64,000 nt of DNA. It comes from Octopus vulgaris (Eukaryota). Shown here piece by piece: positions 1 through 13,394 of this stretch (its first letter is position 1; every line of letters starts with the position of its first letter). Where the stretch lies: positions 130,944,001-131,008,000 of the forward strand of contig OX597819.1 in the NCBI GenBank assembly GCA_951406725.2, in the 5' to 3' direction. The position numbers were made by a program, and so were the translations under genes. The notes beneath the pieces are model-generated. The model was given only the letters and a program-made list of their open reading frames with translations, was not told the DNA's origin and did no database searches.

Positions 1-696
1 AGCATAAGAGAGGAGAGAAAGACAAAGAGAAAGTCAGAAAGTGAGAGAGGGGAAAGAGCAAGAGATGGTACAAGGAGAAAAGAGGTAAGAGAGAGCGACA
101 GAAAGAAAGAAAGACAGAGTGAGAGAGAGTGAGAGAGAGAGAAAGACGAGGCCCTTGGTGGCCATAACGCTTGTCCTTTCGACTTGCCGATTGACAATGA
201 AGCTGAAAGCATTACAACCAATGCTAGGTTTTTCCTTTTTTTATTCTTATCTTTTATGTTATTTATTTGTCTTTTTTTTATTTCATTTCACTTGAACGTT
301 TGGTCTTTAAAAGATCCCGACGTGTTGTTTACACGAACTAAACGCAACATTGGGTTTTATTAGCCGATCAATGCTGAGGAATTGGATACTCGCTTCATCT
401 TTATCCTATTCCACTGTCCCTTTGATGGCTTTGCCAAAACGATTGGCGCTAATTCTGTCTAATTTTCTCTCTTTCTCTCACGCTTTATCTCTCTCTCTCT
501 CTCTATCTATCTTTCTTTCTTTCTGTCTCTCTCTCCCTCTATCCTTCTCTCTATACTACGCTTTCTCTTTTTTTTTCCTTTTCTGTTTTTGTTTCTTTTT
601 AATTAGTTTGCGGCCAACCAACCTCAATTCGCGCTTGCAAACGATTCGTCGGTCGTCTGTGACAAAATCACATATTCAATCATATTTAAACACACA

Positions 697-734
<38 letters not shown>

Positions 735-1745
735 GCACTCACACACACATACGCACACACGCACATAGACACGCACATTTACTCACCGATGCACACGCCA
801 CGCACGCAAATACACAAGTCCACATTCATACATTCATTCATTAATACGCATGCACTTGCACATACACAAATGCACACACATATTCACATGCATGCATATG
901 CACACACGAGTGTACACAGACACACTTGCCTCCAAGCCAATCGTTGGTCGACTGTGACAAAATCACATATTGTTATATACAATCTCTCGCACGCACACAC
1001 ATTACATACGCATATATATATATATATATGCACTAATACACACGCAGGCGCACAGGCACTGAAGTCCTCCTACACATACGTACACACACAAATACATATA
1101 TATACTCACCCACACACACAGGTGTAATACATGCACATATTTACAAACCAATCACCAGTCATCTGTGACCAAATCACATATCCAACTACATACAACCATA
1201 CTTGTACACACACACACACACACACACACACATGCGAGCACAAAGCCTGTGCTTTTATACTCATACATATGCACACACACACCTACACAAGCACGCACAC
1301 ACGCTCATACACGCACACACAAACATGCTTTCAAATTCATAATTGGTGGCAAATTTAGACTTATAATCACACATACACATACACGCATACACATTGGCAC
1401 ACATGTACATACACATAGCTTCACACACCTACACATACAACCTTCTACATGTCTGCAAACTGTCGCCAGCGCCCCCTGTACATCTACACAGACAGCGGAA
1501 TAAACATTTATTTAAGTCCGCATTACAAGATCTCTACAAACAGATTTACTGAGTTGCAAAGGTACAAGAAGACAAAGAAACTCTTGCAAACGCATACGGA
1601 TTTACGCACACACACACACACACATGCACACACACGCACATACACGCACACACACACATACACACACACATTCACTCACACATATTTATACAAACGCATC
1701 TCAAAACATACAAAACACAGTGTATGTGTATGTAATATGTATGTA

Positions 1746-1788
<43 letters not shown>

Positions 1789-2048
1789 TGCAGCAACATT
1801 TAGATTCAGATGAATATGGTACTTAAGTTAAAGGCACCAGAATTTGGTATGGTATTATCCATAGAAATCATATGGGGTGATTATAATCCAAATAAGCAAC
1901 AAGAATATCCGAGGTAGAGTGGTACAATTGTTTCATGCTACTTCATTTTATTAAACACTAAAAGTATTACATCAGTTTTAAAATATATATGTGTGTGTGT
2001 CTATGTATACGTATATGTGTGTGGGGGGGTGTATGTATATGTTTGTGT

Positions 2049-2248
2049 ATACATACATACATACATACATACATACATACATACATACATACACACATAC
2101 ATACATACATACATACATACATACATACATACATACATACATACATACGTACATACATACATACATACATACATACATACACACACACATACATACATAC
2201 ATACATACATACATACATACATACATACATACATACATACATACATAC
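2049..2248. repeat. (CATA)n microsatellite
   Basis: Direct. Confidence 0.95.
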
Positions 2249-2829
2249 GTTTAAACACTGGATTGGCAAAATCGTTAGAGCGCCAGACAAGATACCTTGC
2301 ACCATTCGCTCCATCGCTTTACGTCAAGGGTTCAAATCCCGACAGGATCAAATATGCCTTCCATCCTTCCAGGATAGACAAAATAAAGTTCCAGTCTAGA
2401 ATGCTGGGTAGGCTGAATTGTAAAAGCTTTGGACAAAATTCCTTGCGATACTTGTTCCGACCGTTTGACTCTGGTTTTGCTTGTGACATCGCTAATGACA
2501 TAATTCCGGTGCCTTTGAAGCGAATCGTGCAGAGAAGTGAGACGCTGCGTGACCAGCGGTTGGTCTTTCATTAGAAACAAACAATAATAAAGAAAAGGTG
2601 GTTGTGTGGTAAGGCGCTTGCTTCCTAATCACTAGGTTCTGGTTTCAATCCCACTGCGTGGCACCTTGGGCAAGTGTCCTCTACTTTAGCCTCGAGTCGA
2701 CCAAAGCTTTGTGGGTGGATTTGGTAAAGGGAAACTGAAAGAAGCCAGTCGTGTATGAATGTGTGTGTGTGTGTGTGTGTGTTTGTCCCCCACCACCGCT
2801 TGACGACAGAAGCCCGTCGTATTTTTTTC

Positions 2830-3000
2830 TCTCCTTGTTTCTCTCCTTATTCTTTTCTGTGTATCTTTCTGTTGAAGAGCGTAGGCTCGAAACGTAAAGG
2901 ACTTGTTTTATTTATATTCCTGAGCGCCATACTAATACAATTGTTTGTTTGTATTCCACCTGCCTTCGTCTTTTGTTTATTTTCATAAAGCTTCCCGTTA
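2830..3000 (+). mobile_element. Penelope-like terminal-repeat fragment with hammerhead-like motif (related fragment on - strand at ~63390-63465)
   Basis: CTGTTGA-A-GAGCGTAGGCTC-GAAACGTA motif. Confidence 0.55.
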
Positions 3001-3042
3001 TATATATAAATATATATATATAAATATATGTGTATGTATATA

Positions 3043-3123
<81 letters not shown>

Positions 3124-4077
3124 GTGTGTATGTCTGTGTGTATGTATGTGTGTGTGTGTGTGTGTGTCGAAATGAGTCCCCCACCACCGCTTAACAACCG
3201 GTGTTGGCATATTTACATCCTCGTAATTTAGCGGTTAAATGCCCCAGTTTCTTACTGGTTGTGTTGTTTGCTTTTGTAAATTTTTTTTAAAGTCTCCAGG
3301 GTCTTGGGGCTTTGTGGCCTATAAAAAAATAATCATCATCATCATCGAGATCCTTTGGAGAAAATTGTTGTTGGGTGAACAAAATTGAAAAGTCTGAGAA
3401 TAGAAAATTTCCCCTTCGGTTAAGTCTTCACCGATTTCTTCAACTATCACCATTTCATGATGAAGTAATATTGCTGAAAGGTGCGAATGAGTAATGAATA
3501 TGTTCCAAGTGATTGGACATGTTTGGAAAATGTCTATAGGCCACAGAACATAACTGGGAGCGGGAACTTTCCCATGACATCCGAAACCTATGAGGGGTTT
3601 TTGATTATCCTCAAATGGCTGTTTCTGTGAGGGTGTTTCATTTCACATCCTTTCACACTTTTGTTTTTCCTGTCTGTTTTTTCATAATCGATTCTCTGTC
3701 AACCCCTAGCACCAACACCGTTTTCATCGTATACCCTTATCATATCCCCTTGCACGGTTGCTTTTGTGACAAATAAAAAAAAAACGATTGTTGTCATCAT
3801 CAAAATCATCTTTACCATCATCAGCTTCATCGCTTTCCATCAACATCATCATCATCATTATCAACACCATGATTATCACCAACACTAGTATCAACACCAC
3901 CACCACCACCACCACCACCACAATCCTCTTTGTCGTCGTCGTCGTCGTCATCATCATCACTATTGTCATGATTATGGATGTACAAATAACATGAAAAACC
4001 AGAGGATGCTAAACAGATAATGATATCAGTGTACACATTTACTTAAGCTGTCTTTCATCGTCTGCTGGTCGCCAGGA

Positions 4078-4140
<63 letters not shown>

Positions 4141-4310
4141 GTGCGTGGGTGGGTGTGTATGCGTGAGTGTGTCTCTCCGAGCGTGTCTATAAGTATGTAT
4201 GTGTATATGTATGTGCAATGTGTGTAATTTGTTTCTTGATGGATGGATGTGAAAGAGGAAGAGTTCATCTCTCACTTGCTCTCCTCCTTCTCTCTCTCCC
4301 TCCCGCCCTC

Positions 4311-4376
<66 letters not shown>

Positions 4377-4547
4377 CTCTCTGTAACTCTTCGACCTGCT
4401 GTTATTCATGAATATTCTATATCAGCGAGTGGAAAAGAGGGTGAGACTGGAAATGATTGAGTAAATAAGCAATCAAATAACGCCACCAACCAGAACAACA
4501 AGAACAATAACGCTAACACAGCCACCAATGACAACAGCAACAACAGT

Positions 4548-4927
4548 GGAGGCGCAATGGACCAGTGGTTAGGGCAGCGGACTCGCGGTCGGAAGATCGC
4601 GGTTTCGATTCCCAGACCGGGCGTTGTGTGTGTTTATTGAGCGAAAGCACCTAAAGCTCCACGAGGCTCAGGCAGGGGATGGTGGCGACCCCTGTTGTAC
4701 TCTTTCGCCCCAACTTTCTCTCACTCTTTCTTCCTGTTTCTTGTCTCCGACTTCCTACGCAACAGCTGAGCCTGGATGCGCATTCATCCATCCGTCGATG
4801 CTCCCGGTGTCGGGGGTTGACCTGCTTTCTTTTCTGCGGGTCTTACGAATAGCAAAGGACCACGTTTCGGACTTCTCCTATCTTGCGAGCTCCGGGACGA
4901 AGACCGTTCTGGGACAAAGACCGTTCG
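4548..4927 (+). mobile_element. SINE family C (tRNA-derived)
   Basis: A-box TGGACCAGTGG, B-box GTTTCGATTCC; CAACAGCAACAACA on both sides. Confidence 0.85.
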
Positions 4928-5135
4928 CAACAGCAACAACAACACGAACAACGAACACTAATATCACCACACTGCTACCCACCTCCAGCACTAATAACAA
5001 CAACAACAACAGACAGACAGCGGCGACCATCAAATAAGTAGGCCTCTCTCTCTCTCTCTATCTGCATGGTCGTTTGACCCAGCTAAAAATAGTAGCAAAT
5101 TTAGCCTTCATATCACACACCTACTGCCTCTTATA

Positions 5136-5201
<66 letters not shown>

Positions 5202-5442
5202 AATAATAATAATAATAATAATAATGATAATCTGGGAATGCATACAATGAGCTTCTCTACCCTAGGTGTATGGAAAACACTCGGCGAGAAACGGAAGAAA
5301 ATTTGAAGAAAGAAGTAAAAAACATAATAATAATAACAATAATAACTCGCTGGATCCCTAAAAAATTCACGGAAAATATTAAAAAAATGTAATCATCTGT
5401 AAATTGTGTGCTGGTGCCATGACAAATGTTTCTTTATTGTAA

Positions 5443-6027
5443 CGAGCTGGCAGAATCGTTAGCACGCTGGGCGAAATGCTTAGCGGTGTTTCGTCTGCCG
5501 CTACGTTCTGAGTTCAAATTCCGCCGAGGTTGACTTTGCCTATCATCCTTTCGGGGTCGATAAAATAAGTACCACTTACGCACTGGGGTTGATGCAATCG
5601 ACTTAATCCGTTTGTCTGTCCTTGTTTGTCCTCTCTGTGTTTAGCCCCCTTGTGGGTAGTAAAGAAATAGGCATTTCGTCTGCCGTTACGTTCTGAGTTC
5701 AAATTCCGCCGAGGTCGACTTCGCCTTTCATTCTTTTGGGGTCGATAAATTAAGAACCAGTTACGCACTGGGGTCGATGTAATCGACTTAATCCGTTTGT
5801 CTGTCCTTGTTTGTCTGCTCTGTGTTTAGCCCCTTGGGGGTAGTAAAGAAATAGGTATTTCGTCTGTCTTTACGTTCTGAGTTCAAATTCCGCCGAGGTC
5901 GACTTTGCTTCTCATCCTTTCGGGGTCGATAAATTAAGAACCAGTCAAACACGGGGGTCAATGTAATCGACTAATTCCCTCCCTGAAAAAATTGTCAGGA
6001 ATTGTGCTTATAGTAGAAGAGTATATT
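5443..6027 (+). mobile_element. SINE family A, trimeric
   Basis: A-box-like TGGCAGAATCG, B-box GAGTTCAAATTCC, core GCCTTTCATCCTTTCGGGGTCGATAAA repeated 3x. Confidence 0.85.
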
Positions 6028-6344
6028 GCGACAGTTACAGAACATAGAAAGAAGTGTGGCCCAGTAAGCATATAGGTGGTGGTTTCAAATCTCTTCCAGA
6101 AATTACAACTACATATTCATGTATTTACCAAACGGGAAATTAATGTCCAAAAAAAAATCGAATGGAATCATTTACGAAGAGATTAATATACATCATTTTT
6201 TTCCTTCTTACTTTTCCATTCTTTTAGAGGGGGAGGAGGGGATGTACTTAGAATTTTTTATTCTTTCAGCAATTTCTGTCTCTTAAGCATGACACATGCG
6301 TCAGGTACGTACAAAAAACAAATTGGCGTATTAATATTATTGAT

Positions 6345-6716
6345 AATAAGATGAGATAGAGAATAGGAAGCCAGACAGTGTTAATTGAAAACAAAGCAAA
6401 CGATGCTGACAAGAAAGAAAAGTCGATATGACAGGTTAGCTTGGGAGGTTAAGCAGGTGTGATCGATGAAAAAGGTGGTAGTAGTAGTAGTACCAATAAC
6501 TGTCGGAGCCCTGGGGACAGTGTGTAAAAATCTTGAGAAGTACATGGAACAAATAGTGGCTGCAATAAGGGTGGAGCACTTGCAGAAAACAGCACTGCTT
6601 GGAATCGCTCGAATACTCCGGATGGTACTCGAAAAATAAGGGGTATTACCTTAGTTCACTGGTAGTGAACTGCTGGTACCCTAGTACATCTCCAGCGTTA
6701 GAAGCTGTGTAAAGGC

Positions 6717-6793
<77 letters not shown>
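6345..6793 (+). mobile_element. R4/Dong-type non-LTR 3' fragment with (AAT)n tail
   Basis: Translates to VVVPITVGALGTV..LQKTALLGIARILR*, upstream NRKPD-like motif of restriction-like endonuclease. Confidence 0.75.
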
Positions 6794-6794
<1 letters not shown>

Positions 6795-7187
6795 CCTTTT
6801 TACTATAGGCACAAGGCCTGAAATTGAATGCGGGGGCTAGTCGCGATTACATCGACCCCAGTACTCATATGGTACTTAATTTATCGACCTCGAAAGGATG
6901 AAAGGCAAAGTCGGCCTCGGAGGAATTTGAACTCAGAAAGTAACGACAGGCGAAATGCCTATTTCCTTATTACCCACGCTAAACACAGAGTGGACAAACA
7001 AGGACAGACAAACGAATTAAGTCGATTATATCGACCACAGTGTGTAACTGGTACTTATTTAATCGACCCCGAAAGGATGAAAGGCAAAGTCGACCTCGGT
7101 GGAATTTGAACTCAGAACGTAGCAGCAGACGAAATACCGCTAAGCATTTCGTCCAGCGCGCTAACGATTCTGCCAGCTTGCCGCCTT
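6794..7187 (-). mobile_element. SINE family A, dimeric
   Basis: Same family; embedded in (TAA)n. Confidence 0.85.
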
Positions 7188-7223
7188 AATAATAATAACA
7201 ATAACAATAACAACAACAACAAC

Positions 7224-7273
<50 letters not shown>

Positions 7274-7442
7274 TAACAATAACAATAATAATAATAATAA
7301 TAATGATAATAATAATAACAATAACAATAACAATAATAATAATAATAATAATGATAATAATAATAACAATAACAATAACAATAATAATAATAATAATAAT
7401 GATAATAATAATAACAATAACAATAACAACAACAACAACAAC

Positions 7443-7500
<58 letters not shown>

Positions 7501-7503
7501 TAA
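7187..7503. repeat. Compound (AAT/AAC)n microsatellite
   Basis: Direct. Confidence 0.95.
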
Positions 7504-8341
7504 ACAGGACACGATATTGTAGATATCGAGTAAAGACGGTGGAGTGAGAGGGCGAGGCTGGAATTTCTTTTGATATCACAGAGGTCAATCAGGCTTGATC
7601 ACTATTGACCTGGGGCTAAACAGCAACAGTGATCGCCGCCAAAGCAGATTGTAATAAAAAAAAAACAATTTGCTTTTTTTGTTGTTGTTGTTTGTTTTCT
7701 CTCTCATTCCCCGCTCCCTCCCCTCCACACCACCCAGCTTCCCTTTAAGTGATTACATTACCACCACCACAACCACCACCCCCTTCCCTTCTGTCTTTGC
7801 TACCACCACCCACCCACCCCCCAACCCCCATTCTCGCCATCTTCACTTCTAGTTATTATGTATTTACCCCACGGGGAAATTAATGTCCAAAGAAAATGGA
7901 TTGGAATCATTTACGAAGAGATTAATATACATCATGTCTTTTTTTTTATCCTTCTTACTTTTCCATTCTTTTGGAGGAGGAAGGAATCACCATTATTTGT
8001 TTGGTGTGAGAACGAGTTTCTTTGCGGTTCTTTCTTTTTGATTTGCTTATTTTTACTTATTCTTTTTTATCTGTCCGGAGAAAAAAATTTTTCTCAAATT
8101 CTTTTGCTCTCGCCGCTTGTTTTCTCATTTTCGTTCTTCCTTTCTTTCTCTAATTTTTTTTTTTTTTCTGTTAGGTTACGAGGAAATGTCTGAAGTGGTA
8201 TGAATTTTACCTCCCAATCACATTGTTCCGCGTTCAGTCCCCTTGCATGGTACCTTGGGCAAATCTTTTCAACTTTAGCCTCGGGCCGACCAAAGCCTTG
8301 TGAGTGGATTTGGTAGACGGAAACTGAAAGAAGCACGTCGT

Positions 8342-8418
<77 letters not shown>

Positions 8419-8459
8419 CAGACAGATAGATAGATAGACAGATAGATAGATAGATAGAC

Positions 8460-8514
<55 letters not shown>

Positions 8515-8515
8515 C

Positions 8516-8558
<43 letters not shown>

Positions 8559-8635
8559 CAGATAGACAGACAGACAGACAGGCAGGCAGGCAGGCAGGCA
8601 GGCAGACAGACAGACAGACAGATAGACAGATAGAT
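8342..8635. repeat. (GATA/GACA/GGCA)n microsatellite
   Basis: Direct. Confidence 0.95.
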
Positions 8636-8708
8636 TTTTTTCAGAATGAGATAAAAAACACAAGGCTGTGAACATTTATAAATAGGTTTAACAGCTGTTT
8701 CCAGCATA

Positions 8709-9107
8709 TCTTTATATATAAAAGTGAGGTTGTGTGCTGTCTGTCTCCTACGATTTAGATTCCTAACTACTCCCACATTTTGCGGTGCAGTTTAACCAAA
8801 ACCGGTATCTTATAGTCGTGATTCATATCGAGCTCTCCTGGGTATTAGCGCGCGTCTACGATGAGTCTATGATTTAAAAAAAAATTTACCATCATTTTTC
8901 CCTATTTTTAATGTATCTTTTTGCTATAATATAAGGGAAGTAACTCTCTAAAAATGTATTATTAAATCTCAGAACGTAAAAAGCTAGAGTAACGCCCCCC
9001 CATTTGTGGTTATCCATATTGAGATGGCTATTATACTTTACATCTCTAAAAATGCTTATATAGTTATTTCCCTTACAAACCCGAGCAACGCCGGGCGATA
9101 CTGCTAG
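8709..9107 (+). mobile_element. Non-autonomous Helitron
   Basis: A|TC 5' end, subterminal hairpin CCCGAGCAACGCCGGG, CTAG|T 3' end, no TSD. Confidence 0.85.
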
Positions 9108-9451
9108 TTTATTATATCCCTTCATCGTAGACGATGTAAGAAAATGGTTAAGCAATAGATAATTTAGATAAACTATGGAATATGAAAATAGATGTGAGAT
9201 ATGCAGGGAAATTGGATTTGTAGATCCATTATAATGTCCTCTTTAGTAAAGAAATATATAATGTCCTGTTTAACAATTTATTTATCCACTGCATCGGAAG
9301 TCTGCAATGGCTCCATAACTACCATCTCGGCTATAACCTCGGCGCCCTAGTAATCCATTACAGCACTTACCTAGCGTAACTAATCCTTTAGATCACCTGT
9401 GAACTAAACCCCCATACTTTGCATATATGTGTCTATATATATATGTGTGTG

Positions 9452-9497
<46 letters not shown>

Positions 9498-10250
9498 TTC
9501 GTTCTTGCGTCTGTCTTTAACCACCGCTTGTCAACCGGTATGAACTTAACCTCCACCCACCCCGCGAAATTGCTGTCTTTGTTCCAAACTTTGAAACCGA
9601 TATTCTTTTCTACTCTAGGCACAAGGCCCGAAATTTTGGGTGAGGTGGCCAGTCGATTAGATCGACCCCAGTACGCAACTGGTACTTAATTTATCGACTC
9701 CGAAAGGATGAAAGGCAAAGTCGACCTCGGCAGAATTTGAACTCAGACCGTAAAGGTAGACGAAATACTGCTAAGCATTTCGCCCGATGTGCTAATGTTT
9801 CTTATTTCTTTATTGCCCACAAGGAGCTAAACATAGAAGGGACAAACAAGGACAGACAAACGGATTAAGTTGATTACATCGACCCCTGTCAATATTAACT
9901 ATGAACACAGCATTTATTGTACAACGAGAGTTCTGAGAAACTCTTGTTCGCGAAACAGTTTACATTTCCGCTACACGTTTACCTTTTGCTTATGCTCCAC
10001 TAATGCATTTGACAAATACTTGAATCCCACTCTTTATCCATTCACTACCCTTTTTAATATGTGGTATTTTACCTAACTTAGGTATAAATATAACACCTGA
10101 GAGGTGGATGATAGAATCGATGCAGTCCTTGACCAAATACCTTGTCATGTTTGGTCACTACGCTTTGCTTATTACGCTCTCAGTTCAACTTCCGCCCAGC
10201 TTTACTTTCATCCTCCAGAGGTCGACAAAATAAGTAGTAGTGTGGTTGAC

Positions 10251-10580
10251 GGTGCATGCCTCAGTGGTTAAAGCGTCGGACTCACAATCATGGGGTAGTG
10301 GGTTCAATTTCGGGACTGGGCTACATATTGTGTTCTTGAGCAAGTCACTTTGTTTCACATTGCTCCAGTTCACTCAGCTGTAGAAATGAGTTGCGACGTC
10401 ACAGGTGCCAAGCTGTATCGGCCCCTTTGCCTTTCCCTTGGATAACATCAGTGGCTTGGAGATGGGGAGGCTGGTATGCATGGGCGACTGCTGGTCTTCC
10501 ATAAATAATATTGCTCGAACTTGGAGGGGAACTTCCTAGGTGCAATCCTACGGTCATTTATGATCGAGGGGGTCTTTTCT
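10251..10580 (+). mobile_element. SINE family D (tRNA head, V-domain-like centre)
   Basis: CTCAGTGGTTAAAGCG...GGTTCAATTTC; GTGTTCTTGAGCAAG. Confidence 0.8.
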
Positions 10581-10970
10581 CTTTACTGTGGTTGATGTAA
10601 TTGGTTGTATACACTTGAAGGTCTTGCACAGAAAGGCCTCAGTCTAAAGACTAAAACCACGTTTACCAAATACATTGTTTTCAAATTTTGGCACAAGGCC
10701 AGCAATTTCAGGGGAGTAGGAATGTCGATTACATCGACCCCAATGCTCAACTGGTACTTATTTTATCGACCCCGAAAGCATGAAATTGACCTCGGCGGAA
10801 TTTGAACTCAAAACGTAAAGACGGGCGAAATGTTGCAAAGCATTTTGTCGTTTAACAAATCTATAAAAATCAAGAGACTCGCGTCAGCGGATGATAAGCA
10901 TCAGAGAAGAGTCAAATGCTTGGTGACTCGAGTGCGACTTCGAGTCACCAAGCATTTAAAGCATTCCTTT

Positions 10971-11018
<48 letters not shown>

Positions 11019-13394
11019 CAGTGAGAGAGAGACAGAGACAGAGAGAGAGAAATGGGATTCAACTATTCCTATTTTCCCCTACTCAAAAATAGGGGTTCTT
11101 CATAGCTGATCCAGCTTTTAGTCACGAGACAAACAAACTATGGCTGCAGCGCGCCAGGTTCGATGTTCCGCAGATTTTTGTTTCATCCTCTTCACTCGCA
11201 CAGTTTTAAATCCAGTCGGGATCAACTTCGCTTTATATACATTACCTTTTATCGATTTCATCGGGATCGATACATTAAAGCACCAGGTATGCACGCACTG
11301 GTGTCGCTTCCTCGCCTAAACTCCTCTCCAACAATTTTCTGATCTTTCGTCGATGTAAGAAATCAATAAGTTAGGCTAGGAACAGTGGTTAATATATACA
11401 TATGCACGTGAATATATATTATATATATCTACATGCAGAGAGAGAGAGAGAGGATGGAGAGAGAGAAGAAGGAGGAAAGAGGAGAGAGAAAAAGAAGAGA
11501 AAGGAGGGGAGAGGGAGAAAGAGAAAAGGAGGGATGTTAATTGCTATTGTATTAAGCATCGTTATGGATAATTTTAAATATGTATTAAAGACCGTAGAAT
11601 TTACCTCAGCACATTTTAACACGAACACACACATACGCGCGCGCTCACATATACGTGTGTGTGTGCGTGTGATAGTTTTATATTTCGTTAAATTATTGAA
11701 TACAGTTCTGTAGCCCCCATGTCAACTTTGACCGACCAGACATTTGATCAAAAAAGTGTTCCAGTCATGACCATTCCATCTTTTACTCAAGCACATGATC
11801 TAATAATGTCCTTCCACTACCACCTTCCTTTTTTCTTTTTTTGCAAACTGTTTTATTTCAAGATGATTAGGCTGCTATTTTTAGCGAATGGAATGACCAT
11901 ATAGAGGCTTCTTCTCGGACTTACTGAGTTTGTTCGCTACAAGTGTTGTAAACTATAACTTTCTCAGTCAAATATTTCAGCGTTTGCAAAGTTAATAAGA
12001 AATATAATCTTTCAGATTAGTGACTTCATTTTAAAGCTATATCTGTCGTTTTTAGTTTTGCTTTTGGTGGAGGAGTTGAGTGTTGTGGGTTTAGGGGCTA
12101 TGTCAGCATTTACAGACCGTGAACTGACAAAGTCGTTCTGGCGACATTTGTTCCGTCTCTCTACGCTTTTGAGTCGGTAAAATAAATTAGCAGACCCGGA
12201 CACTTGGACAGCTCGGAGCAGTTAGAGCTTCGAACTAGATTCCTTGCGAAAATTAATGTTGTTCTTTTCATTCTGAGTTCAAATCTCGCCGAGGCCAACT
12301 TTGCTTCCCCTCATTCCGGAGACAATATAGAATAGTAATAAAGTACTGGGTCCGCTGCCCCTTTGGTACATATATAAAAACTCAGTTTTTTGGGGGGGGC
12401 GGGTAGGCCAAAACTCCTTGCGATATTTGCTCCAACCTTCTGCTTTCGAATTTCAAACCTTGCCGAGGTCTACTTTTTTTCACTTCATCATTTCAGAGGA
12501 CGATAAAAAACAAAACACCAGTTTTTAACAGAGAGTTGGCTAAAGATACCTTGTGGTAATGGTTCCAGCTCCTTGTGTTCTGAGTTCTTTGGAATGGTTT
12601 AGAGCTAATTCGACGCCCGGTTGAACACTAACATCTCAGCCTTACGTGCTTTCAGCAGATTTTTCCACTCTTGGAAACATTCGGGCCTATGTCCCCGGTT
12701 TGAGGCTAACACCTTCCCATTCTCTCAAACCTCGAAGGAATCGTGAGTTTTGTCCTTCCTTTCCTAAATCTGCAATATATTTCAATCACTTTGATCGATT
12801 CTTAGCAGAATCGATGTAATCGATATTTCTGTCGTCGTCGTCATTTTCTTTCACAAGAGCCGAGGGAGCAGCAAAAATCTTGGACGCTAGTTATTTTCTT
12901 AATTAAAAATAGAAAACAAGACACTGAAGATATAAATTTTCTGAAATGAAAAATATGCAGCATTTTGTTTAATCTGCTCATCTAATGGGCGTCGTAGAAC
13001 AATGCGATACGTTCTTGTGTAACGAGTACTACGATAAGGTTTCGGTTCCTGCTTGAAGCCATTTTATTTTCGCCGCTAATGACCATAAATTACGATTGTT
13101 GGTACCACTTCCTTGCAATGTCTTCTCCGTATTCTGATTATTTTTTTTATACCTACTGAATTCAAACAACAGTTAAAGGAAGATTTCTCGGGGGTATAAA
13201 TAAATGACTTTCAGAGCCTTCCTAAACCTCTTGGCTAACTCCACATATGGCGCATCGTCTACAAACATCCCTCCCTGATATTTATCTGCCTCGTACGATG
13301 TGTTTTCCGTTTGCTTTGTCACAAATCCTCCGCATTCTGTTTCAATGTTTTCCCCGGTATCTAGGATTGGTTCCACTGCCATCTTTATTTATGA

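Noticed and set aside
350-2574. Long His/Thr/Tyr/Cys-Val-rich ORFs
   Set aside because: Translations of (CA)n, (CATA)n and (TA)n microsatellites
3330-3640. Stop-free stretch on - strand as a possible exon
   Set aside because: No recognisable domain or convincing splice signals
4548-4625. SINE heads (also 10251, 34109, 39764) as tRNA genes
   Set aside because: They continue into SINE bodies and lack a proper acceptor stem and terminator
7112-8776. Poly-Leu/Tyr/Ile and LSIY-repeat ORFs
   Set aside because: Translations of (AAT)n and (GATA)n tracts
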